Source: Epithemia pelagica
Lineage: Eukaryota; Protista; Bacillariophyta
DNA length: 64,000 nucleotides
Assembly: GCA_946965045.2 (NCBI GenBank)
Contig: OX337237.1
Location: forward strand, 1,798,001-1,862,000
Direction of reading: 5' to 3'
Positions 10,523 through 19,253 of this stretch are shown here, in pieces; position 1 is the stretch's first letter, and every line of letters begins with the position of its first letter. The notes below the pieces were generated by a model, which was not told where the DNA came from, searched no databases, and saw nothing but the letters and a program-made list of their open reading frames with translations. The position numbers were made by a program, and so were the translations under genes.

Positions 10523-12596
10523 CAGAAGGGATACCTAATGAGTGGATAAAGGCAAGTCCATCCTTGATACATAGAGGTAAAGCACGTCCATCAAGGGTAG
10601 TGATACGTTGCTTTCCATCCACCTTGACAGAACGTTCATCCACAGATAGCCCATAATGTTCCAATTGACAAGGCGCATGTATAGACTGTCCTTTTCCATA
10701 GTATGCATATTCGTTGAAGATGCCAACGATTGGTCCATCATTAGTTTCAAACTTGGCAGCACAAGTGACAATGGGGAGACCAGTAAGTTCATGGTTGTCG
10801 ATTCCCACAATCGTGATGTTACGACCTGTCTTGGAAAGGATACGCATATCAGCTCCGGCTAAACCACCATTGGCACCACGATCAATGAGTTGATTCCCAG
10901 TATAAGTCAACTTTCGAGAGAACATATATTGAGTCATGTGGACCTTCTGCTTGTGCTCATTCTGTTTGAAACTAACTTTCTTACTCGTCTTGGATGCGGC
11001 ATTGGATAAAACATTAGACAAATCAGAAGCTGGGTGATTGAGGTCGGTTGACGTCATTGCTTGATGGATGAGATGGGTGGCTGGATCGGAATCATCCTGC
11101 GGATATGTGGGGTTGTCCAGGTCATCGAAAACATCTTGACCAGGGTCAGGATCAGGTTCAGGATCAATGTCAAGGGAGTGTTGCTGTACCTTTCTTGGAC
11201 TCGGAGTAGAAGCTTGCACGTTCTTGTTATACTCAACAATCATCTTGCGAGCATCCTCAGGAAGTTTAAACCATAGGTCACGAGGAAGACTGGCTTTTGG
11301 AGATGCCGTGTTATCATCTTGGACATTGGTATTGTTTATCTGATATGCATCGTCTTCCTGAAGGGATCCCTCAATATCATGTTGTGTTTCGTGTTGCTCG
11401 TGTTGCTTGACACTACGACGACGACCAGTTGCAGAAGCTTGCGTGACTTGATCATGGTCATATGCTGCGTCCATCAAAATGGAGAAGTACGACTGATAAC
11501 ATAAAGACTTTGCTCCAGACTTCGTGTTGACGACGTTGTCCAAGATTTTAACTCTGCGAAGGTCAGGTACCTTCTCGACAGCTTGCATAAGAAACGTCAT
11601 CCTGGTGTGATCAGGTATGCGATCAGAGAGATCAACAAGGTTATCGAGTAAACGTAGTTTGTCTTGGAAATGAAGCAAGAATTGGCGTGATGATCCACGC
11701 CATGTATCATCGAGGCGAAGGTTGGAGATGTAATTGGTTAATCGTAAGACCTCTCGTTTTGCTAAGTCTGACTTCGTATGCAATGTGTGAAGCTTCTGTA
11801 ACACTGCTCGTGCGTCTTCATCATGCTCATGTTCGCGAACATAAGCTCTTCCTTGATCAGTCTGGATGATGCGCACAAGGACGGAGTATAGGAAGATTTG
11901 TTGCTCTTGGAAAAGTTCTGTTGCATACGTATCATTCGTTGGCGGCTTGCATCGGAAGTCAAGAACATTAGATAAACCTTGGGCTTTTGCTGTGGTCTTG
12001 AAAGTCCTCCAGAACGTGTCGTAGTATCGTTCATCCTTGAATGTTTCATATGCCATAGCGTCACGCTTGGTTCCCTTCTTGAATGCGGTTAGGTCCAGTT
12101 GGGACTGTGATGCAGCAGAAGTAGTACTAAACGATTTGGGTGACGTCGAATGGGATGGAGATTTCATAGGTGCTACTGGGTCAGTGATAGGGCTTCCAGA
12201 GCGAAAGTCAGTGTTTATCCTCCATAGATCAAATTCTGCCTTGGTCAGATTCATCCAGGTTGCCTTGGAAGGTATACCCTGAATGTCGATACTCGTTTGT
12301 CGGAACCAATGGGCAAGCAACTTGATCTGCTGGCTTGTATTGACATGTAGGTCGTGCATTTGTTTTCCTGACTTGTATTTTGTCGTACTATCCATGTTCT
12401 TCTCAGGGTCAATCGCCATATGTTCAATGATACTAAGGATATCATCAAAAGCATGATGGTGCATCCATTTCACGAGTACATCGACCCTTTCCTTGGAAAA
12501 GTTGAACAACACCTGAGTAATATGATCAAAGACTTCTTGATCAGATATACTTTGATTGGGGTTGAACTCTGGTGTGGTCGGTGTAGTTGGTTCCAT
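10143..12596 (-). CDS. gag: Gag-protease of element 1
   Basis: DERYYDTFWRTFKTTAKAQGLSNVLD and YSVLVRIIQTDQGRAYVREHE (CoDi gag); LIDRGANGGLAG (aspartic protease). Confidence 0.9.
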   Translation of the reverse strand: MEPTTPTTPEFNPNQSISDQEVFDHITQVLFNFSKERVDVLVKWMHHHAFDDILSIIEHMAIDPEKNMDSTTKYKSGKQMHDLHVNTSQQIKLLAHWFRQTSIDIQGIPSKATWMNLTKAEFDLWRINTDFRSGSPITDPVAPMKSPSHSTSPKSFSTTSAASQSQLDLTAFKKGTKRDAMAYETFKDERYYDTFWRTFKTTAKAQGLSNVLDFRCKPPTNDTYATELFQEQQIFLYSVLVRIIQTDQGRAYVREHEHDEDARAVLQKLHTLHTKSDLAKREVLRLTNYISNLRLDDTWRGSSRQFLLHFQDKLRLLDNLVDLSDRIPDHTRMTFLMQAVEKVPDLRRVKILDNVVNTKSGAKSLCYQSYFSILMDAAYDHDQVTQASATGRRRSVKQHEQHETQHDIEGSLQEDDAYQINNTNVQDDNTASPKASLPRDLWFKLPEDARKMIVEYNKNVQASTPSPRKVQQHSLDIDPEPDPDPGQDVFDDLDNPTYPQDDSDPATHLIHQAMTSTDLNHPASDLSNVLSNAASKTSKKVSFKQNEHKQKVHMTQYMFSRKLTYTGNQLIDRGANGGLAGADMRILSKTGRNITIVGIDNHELTGLPIVTCAAKFETNDGPIVGIFNEYAYYGKGQSIHAPCQLEHYGLSVDERSVKVDGKQRITTLDGRALPLCIKDGLAFIHSLGIPSDDDMDRLPQIIFTLPSTWDPSVLDHTHSDPQHDASTTWHQVATDGSMARYPYDTYGEYTDRVVCNLNLLLDLPYDHGPDNTTYFSIYADANGEDPTLQHASVHRRFVEEHDWKQFRPFFQAYYTTC

Positions 12597-12809
12597 GATT
12601 GCTTGACTTGGCGATAAGATATGTTGATATGTGTCCTGTGATGTCTTAGTCGAAAACTTTAGTTATGTTTTCTAACCCGTATGTGTGGTGTGCCCTGTGA
12701 ACCCGGATGTGCCACGTATGTCCACGTGTGATGTGATGTCCGAAAGGGAACCCGGATGTGAGAAACTCGGTCTTGTCTCTGGTTTGGTGTGAAAACTACT
12801 TAAATTTAC

Positions 12810-13589
12810 TTAAACGTGGTCACTTCTGGGCTCGTTGTTGTAATCAAGTTGAATCGGAGACTCAGTAACAGAGGTAGCTTCTTCGTTGCCGTTGTGGTCC
12901 TCAACTAGGTGGTTCACTGGTTGGGTGAGTAGAGGGAAGATAGTGGCACGGAAGTCCTGGTGCAACTTGATAACGTGGATGAAACCAACGTAGTCGTCGA
13001 GACGGGTAGTCAAGGTAGGAAGAGGTTGGTTAGTCTTGTTCACGACCCAAATGGTATGGAAGTAGTTGACCGGACGCTGGAAAGTAAGGAAGCGTACCCG
13101 AAGGCAGCCTGATGGGGTGGTCGATAGGGTCGTCGCTATGTGCCGGTAGCTTGGAGATTGGTATAGCAAATCTAGGAGTCGTTGGATATCCTCTAGGTCG
13201 ACGACGGGTTGGACGGACTCGAACGAGACCTCGTGTTCGAGCGTCGAACGGATGTGGTCCGGGTCGCTCTGATACTCGGATGGCTCGCGGAAGTAACGGA
13301 GGTGCGCGTTGATGAGACGGCTCGTACGTCGGGTGCGAGTTGGGTTCGGGCGAGGAGGTGTACTCGGTCGGCGTGCAAGGGTGTTCGGCGGGCGATTCGG
13401 GTCGGACGGCGGAGGGACGACTTGATCGGGAGTCTGGAACGGATTAGGCGTGCTAGCCTTCTCCGGGGAGTTAGAGGGCGTCTCGATGAGGAATTCGCCA
13501 GGGTGGACGGCAATCTGCTGTGTTGGGTCACCACTCTGCTGGAAAGCGTTGTAGATCCGACGGACAGGAGTATTGGGGTCACTGGACAT
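12810..13589 (-). CDS. Extra 259-aa ORF between the PBS and gag of element 1, unknown product
   Basis: Uninterrupted ATG-initiated ORF about 25 nt after the PBS. Pro-rich N-half, globular-looking C-half. Confidence 0.5.
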   Translation of the reverse strand: MSSDPNTPVRRIYNAFQQSGDPTQQIAVHPGEFLIETPSNSPEKASTPNPFQTPDQVVPPPSDPNRPPNTLARRPSTPPRPNPTRTRRTSRLINAHLRYFREPSEYQSDPDHIRSTLEHEVSFESVQPVVDLEDIQRLLDLLYQSPSYRHIATTLSTTPSGCLRVRFLTFQRPVNYFHTIWVVNKTNQPLPTLTTRLDDYVGFIHVIKLHQDFRATIFPLLTQPVNHLVEDHNGNEEATSVTESPIQLDYNNEPRSDHV

Positions 13590-13613
13590 GAAAACTTCGG
13601 GGAAATGAGACAG

Positions 13614-13629
13614 GTGAGACTGTTAATCG
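13614..13629 (-). other. Candidate primer-binding site complementary to the anticodon arm of tRNA-Asn(GUU)
   Basis: Plus strand GTGAGACTGTTAATCG directly inside the 5' LTR. CTGTTAA is a canonical Asn anticodon loop. Confidence 0.6.
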
Positions 13630-13630
13630 T

Positions 13631-14146
13631 TAGTAGAATTCCGTCAGTACACGCTCTAGAAGAGCCACAATCGATTACCAACTGATACCAAGGTTCTCCA
13701 CGGGTCAGAGAACAAAGGAAACCCAAGGGCTCTATCGTAGGGATAGTCAGGACACTGAAGACGTGATGATATGGTGATGTTAATGATTGTGATTCGTGCC
13801 TTGTGTACTTAGACCGTTGGGTCGGATACATGATCGCCATACTCGGATAGTTCTTGCGCGCGTCTTGACGATTTTGGGCGCGCACGCTTAGGGCATAGGT
13901 CAGGCTCGGATGTTCAACGGATGATCGTCCGTTGATGGGATATCAAGACCAAAGTTGATTCTTGATAGCACGCTCGTCAATCTGTTCTCACTTTTTGGTA
14001 TATGCGACCGAAATATAGGTTGAGCTAGCGCGAAGCTAGGTATGTAGTGTGGATGTAGGTGATGTAGGTGATGTTTGAAGCCACGGGACTCGACTAACCG
14101 ATGAGGTGCCGAACCTAACCGATGATTTTCGGTGAGAGTTCTACTA
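13631..14146 (-). repeat. 5' LTR of element 1 (516 bp)
   Basis: Matches 6202-6967 minus 250 bp. Confidence 0.95.
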
Positions 14147-14930
14147 ATCGTACACCAAGGGATGCCTGCTCCGAATCCAAGGCTAGCCGACAAATACATG
14201 CAGAGAGTGGTAGCGTGCATGGTGTGCGTGGAGTACAGCCCCCACCCCACAATGGAGGTGGTCTCGCATTGAAGCTGGTGGATCCATAGTCCATGTCGGT
14301 CAGCCTGGAACCAACCGGTAACTTGTTTTTTTTCAGACCAAGGATGGATGACAAGGGAGACATCGATCTCCTGAAGCTTGGTAAAGAACCGGATCAGTGT
14401 GGACCTAAAAAGTTCATCGTCGGGATTGGACGAGGCAGGGACACATGGGCGGAGTTCTTACCGGGCTTGCTGGTGGGGCCGGGTAGGCATGAACCGGATG
14501 GGGCGGAGATAAGGGTGAGGAAGAACGACTGTTGCGGCCGCGAGCCAATGTTGGTGCCGTTTGGGAGGGCGGCTGGGTGGTCGATGCTGGTGTGGTCACT
14601 GGTTGGTTGACAAAAATGTGCTCCAGCGGCCCTGTAGCGTTGTCGCGGGCCACTGTGGCAACCTTGGCATTGACAATAGGATCTGTCTGCATGGGCTGTG
14701 GGCCAGAGCCGCGAGAGGGAGCATATTGCACCGGGGCCCGGACCTGCCAGTGCCATCGTCGGCTGCTGGAGGTTGATTTCAGACTTCAGAGTGGACGGAA
14801 AGCCACTTTGTGGCGAATCGACCGAGGTCTGGGCCGGCTAGATAGGCGGAGCGGACGCAGTGGTGGCAGAAGCTGGGACTGAATTACCCTCTAAAAATGT
14901 AGCAGAAGCCATAGGGATCGTAGAGGTATA

Positions 14931-14949
14931 GGGGGGGGGGGGGGGGGGG
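14931..14949. repeat. G19 homopolymer
   Basis: Directly visible. Confidence 0.95.
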
Positions 14950-15572
14950 TAGAAAACTAATATGATTGGGTTAGACATGTCACACAACAATTAAACACTT
15001 AACGAAAAACGAGTTAACGCCATTCGTAATCGGGCAGTAAATACACTACTCGCATAATTTTGAGTAGTAAATACACTACTCGCTTAATTTCCTTTCCACC
15101 CTACGTGGTCAATATCCACGTCATCTCTTTTTTGACCCGTCATTCTGATAGATCTCGTCATTTGGAGCGTTTTGGTATATGACACCCTACACTAATTCTC
15201 AAGTTGTGATGGTCGTTTCCTCGTTCGAAAAATCGCTATTTTCCCTCATTTTTCTTCCTTGACGATAAAGGTCCGACTTTGACCTTACCTCCTACATTCG
15301 AAAAGTCGTTTCGAGTGTCGGCAATCTCCATTCAAGTCCATAATAACATCAAGAAGTGGTGTACGGAAGGATATGTCGTCAACCTCGACCAATTCGGCCG
15401 GAGAGACCCAAACGTCACAGAGTGCGTACTCTCAGTCGTTACTCGAATCATCTCAAGAAGCCAATGAATCAAGTCAAGCATCCTCCAGACCAGTTTCTGT
15501 TCCTACGCAACGACAGCCACAACAACGCAATCGGTTCTCAACCGGTTCACCGCCACATTTCCTGGTCGAACA

Positions 15573-15932
15573 GTGAGCGCGCCGTTGTTGCTTCAGGGAC
15601 AGATCCAGGCCTGTCCAACGAACAAGAATGGAAACGTTTATGTTGTATTTTGGAACCAAGCTGACCACCCAAATCTTGATCCAGCTTGGGTATGCCGCCA
15701 TTACCCGTCGACCCAGTATTTCAAGGATCTCCTCAAAGACTACATCTCTGCCTACGACGATTGGAAACGTCGTCAGGAATCGGCGGGAAATAACTCTACC
15801 ACCAACAACAACAACGCCGCTCCGGATTCTCGTCGTAACCAATTGGCTCCAACCGCCAATAATACACAACAAACTTCCACCACCTTGACCCAGACCGACA
15901 ATACACAGCCAACTTTGAACAAGGTCACGTAG
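15573..15932 (+). CDS. Short ORF inside the piggyBac, upstream of the transposase (possible exon or passenger)
   Basis: VYVVFWNQADHPNLDPAWVCRHYPSTQYFKDLLKDYISAYDDWKRRQE looks coding; no family recognised. Confidence 0.3.
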   Translation: MSAPLLLQGQIQACPTNKNGNVYVVFWNQADHPNLDPAWVCRHYPSTQYFKDLLKDYISAYDDWKRRQESAGNNSTTNNNNAAPDSRRNQLAPTANNTQQTSTTLTQTDNTQPTLNKVT

Positions 15933-16028
15933 ACAAACAATACACAGGAGCAGCTTTCGACATCTTCGACCCGTGGCAATATTCAGGAAAGTCAAACCCA
16001 ACTTTGGCACGATTCCAATGAACCTGAT

Positions 16029-18271
16029 TTGCCTTTTCCCCAAGATGACGACAATGCTGAAAACCAAGGCATCCCATCGACCATTGAAAGGGCCCAACGT
16101 CGGGCTCAACTCCGAACTGCAGCTGGAGAAGATGGGTCACCTGCTCTGTCCAATCTCACAGACAACCAGCCAAGTCAAGGCATTACAGGCAACACACCTC
16201 CAACCAATCCTGACTCTCGTCCCATACGCCTTTTCGGGAGTGGCAGTACTGTCACTGATGGAGAATCTGGTACCGCGACAGAGAACGCGTCAATGCCTAG
16301 TCGGCGACTTCGACGACGACCCAATGACACAGAGGACTAAAGCAACTTTGAATCCGACGAAGATGGAGCGGACCCAGATGACGATTTGGAACAAGACGAA
16401 CAAGTTCCACGCCCAGATAATCCATTGGAGGACCAGAACGATTCGGACAATGAGGATGAAGAGGAAACCAACGAAGCACCCCCTCCCGTGCCCCCTCCAC
16501 AACAAAACACAAATGCTGCACAACAAAACACGAATGAGAACAACCAACCAGAACAAACTATTTGTCAACTCATGGATGCGTTGGTATTTTCATATCAAGA
16601 GACAGAACTTTCGGCTGAACCTACCAAATGGATTGGAAAAGACGCGAATCACTGTTCCATATACAGCGGACCAGATGGTCTCAGGGATGGTGTTAGTGAC
16701 AACTTTACCAATCAATACCAATGTTTCCAGTTTGTTAATGGCCTGTCGAACTCGCTGATAGCAGATATGGCAACCGCTACGAACGTTTATTTCCACGAGA
16801 AGATAAAACTAAACCTGGTGTCTCGTCGTGGATACTACCACTCACAAAAATGGCAGAATGTCACTCTCGAAGAGATGACGAGATTTCTTGGGACCATCCT
16901 GATGATGTCCCTTCGTCCCGTCGACGGAGGAGGATACGGTGCATATTTTCAAACTACAAATCGCATGTATAATGTCGGGGCCGGCCAACGGGCTATTGAA
17001 ATCAAAGATAGCACAGGATGGACCAGTCAATATATGAAGTTAGCGCGTTTCTGGCAGATTCGGGGGGCTTTCCACTTCGAGGAGAGTCCAAGCAGGCGTG
17101 GTGGCGACAAATGCCATCAGTTACGGAAGTTGATAACAGCCCTCAACGCAGCTTCAAAACGTAGCTTCCGGATTCCCAAAGACACGGCGTTCAACGAAGG
17201 TGGCATTGGATGCAGGTCACGGTACTGTCCAGTGAGACAGCATAACAAAGATAACCCCACAACCCGGTGAATGGGCTCATCTTCGGGCAGTGGGTGGATT
17301 CGAAAACGGTGAACTTCGTAAGTTCCTACGAAGATTGCGGAAGTGGGACCGTCCTCCGGCAAGTGGGCAGTCAGAAGGTGGAGTTCGTTTGCCCTGTACC
17401 ACTTATACGGTACCAAATGAATATGGGTGGCGTCGATAATGGTGACAAGATGAGGTTTCAGTTTGGAGGATTTGCAACCCATTCCCACTTCAAGAAATGG
17501 TATATGAAATCTGGCTTCGCTGTGATTGATTATATGCTGCTCAACAGTTATATTGTGGAACCTTGCAGCAGGCAATCGTCCTCGTTCCCGTAAAACGAAG
17601 TTGTTGCGGCATGCATTTTACACAATCATTGCCCAAACAATGTGCAGCTACGTCGTTCCTCAGGAAGTAGACGCTTTGGCTCGTCGGACAAGAAACAACA
17701 ACGAATCAACATGTAACGATGGGCACTTCCCAGTGGCGGTAGAAAGCAACAAACAAGTTGGATGTGCTGTGTGCATGCTGGAATATAGATGGAAGAAGCA
17801 AGAACTTAAGATGGGGGGGGGGGGGGGGGTGGTGTGTGATTCAAGAACGTTGGGAGATGCGTCAAGTGTGGGATTGCGGCCCACACGGTGGCTTGCCAAC
17901 ACAAACGAGAACAAGGCTGGAAAATCCACAACCGGCCTGAGTTTCAGAACAAGACGTGCTTCGAAATCTTACACTCATCAACAGGAAAAGAGATTTTTGT
18001 GGAGGCAGACGAGGGGTCTCGGTACACATACACGGTGAGAAAGAACCATCCCGTTGTGGCGGAACTACGGGAAGCACAAGGCTTGACATCAACGTTGACT
18101 CAGAAAAGAACACGCCAAGGAGCCGGAGAAACACAACCACGTAGACGAAGACGACAAAATGAGAATGAAGAGTCGTATCAAATACTGACAACGAGAACAA
18201 CGAAGATGACGACGAAGATGTTGAAGAGTTGGAGGAAGTGTAGTAAAAAACAGATCAACATATCAAATTGA
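16029..18271 (+). pseudogene. piggyBac/PGBD transposase, disrupted
   Basis: VTLEEMTRFLG, MKLARFWQIRGAFHF, AFNEG (first catalytic D reads N), QWVDSK, MGGVDNGD, LLNSY, C-terminal Cys motifs. In-frame stop at 16338, an apparent internal deletion at ~17268, and later frameshifts. Confidence 0.85.
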
Positions 18272-18326
18272 CGTTCTAAGCAATATTCAGTTACTACTAC
18301 GAGGATGTATTGACTCCCTGTGATGC

Positions 18327-18968
18327 CTAATGGTCAGTAGGAGCAGGAATGAAACCAGTATAAGGGTCGTCTGTGTTTTCGTTAGGGAAATTTTCACGGA
18401 CAAAGTCAACTAGGCAAGGAGGCAGTTCACCACGGTTGCCCTCCCCCAGTGTGCCATGGAGCTTGTTGGAAAGGCGGCGGTACAAATGGTAGCATATGGA
18501 ACGGTTAGGCTTACCAAGCCCCTTGAGGTGCGTCGCAATATCGTGCATGTAAGGGAGGTGCTCAACAACTTGGCACGGGTTGAGTTTGCAAACGGGGCAA
18601 ACATTCTCCCAAAACATGTATCCATGTTTATTGCTAGAAGACTGTTGAGTATTGTTCAATTCATGAAGGATGCGGTCAATGCTTTCCATCGTCGCGTATT
18701 CTTCAGGAATAAAGCGGGTTTCAGTACGTTCTTCGGCTTGGTGAACTACGTTGCCGTCCTGATTTGTTGTCATGACAAGATACTTCTGCAGGGTAAAGGG
18801 CACAAACACTCCACTTGATGAACAGTTGTTGTCGGGGAGGTGGGCTTCTGCAATGTCGACAGATTCACTGAACGCTAAAAGACAAAACAAAAATGAGGTG
18901 AGGAGCATTTGCGCATCGAGAATGGGTTCGATAACAACTTTTGGTAGAATCGTTCCGTACAAACTCAC
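18327..18968 (-). CDS. Passenger ORF with P2X7-ballast/KolX-like C-terminal motif
   Basis: CPVCKLNPC...YHLYRR...HGTLGEGNRGELPPCLVDFVRENFP...YTGF matches the YR...G...LPxC...R..FP....YxGF pattern. Lies inside the TIRs, convergent with the transposase. Confidence 0.6.
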   Translation of the reverse strand: MSLYGTILPKVVIEPILDAQMLLTSFLFCLLAFSESVDIAEAHLPDNNCSSSGVFVPFTLQKYLVMTTNQDGNVVHQAEERTETRFIPEEYATMESIDRILHELNNTQQSSSNKHGYMFWENVCPVCKLNPCQVVEHLPYMHDIATHLKGLGKPNRSICYHLYRRLSNKLHGTLGEGNRGELPPCLVDFVRENFPNENTDDPYTGFIPAPTDH

Positions 18969-19253
18969 CTTCCATCATACCCGGGTCATCCATGTTTGCG
19001 TTGTGGTTTGGTTCGACAATTCAATGATCCCAATGACAAAGTGCAATGAGATCAGTCAATGCATTGGATACCACAGCGCGATAAAAGCAACAAAAATGAT
19101 GCTGGCGGAGAGTTAAAACGATCTGTTTTCAAACACGGTTAAGGCGCGAGCAGTATAAGCGAGCATAACCACTAATCCCATAAATTTTATGCGAGTAGTA
19201 GATTAGTTGCTCGCTAGTGCTTAAGACGCGTTCCTTACGAATGGCGTTAAAAA

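Larger units (their letters stand above)
6202..14146 (-). mobile_element. Full-length Ty1/Copia LTR retrotransposon, CoDi type (element 1)
   Basis: Two LTRs (6202-6967, 13631-14146), ATCGT duplicated at 6197-6201 and 14147-14151, PPT, PBS, and gag-PR-IN-RT-RH domain order. Confidence 0.95.
15018..19246 (+). mobile_element. piggyBac-type DNA transposon (defective), 4229 bp
   Basis: TTAA at 15014-15017 and 19247-19250. TIR CGCCATTCGTAA (15018-15029) / TTACGAATGGCG (19235-19246). Subterminal inverted motif CTACTCGCATAA (15046) / TTATGCGAGTAG (19187). Confidence 0.9.

Noticed and set aside
7150-12454. Numerous short antisense and alternate-frame ORFs over the retroelements
   Set aside because: Expected shadows of long coding frames.
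14931-17829. G homopolymers as functional G-quadruplexes
   Set aside because: Length differs between duplicate copies (17 vs 15 G at 17813/58747). Homopolymers are unstable and error-prone, and there is no further support.
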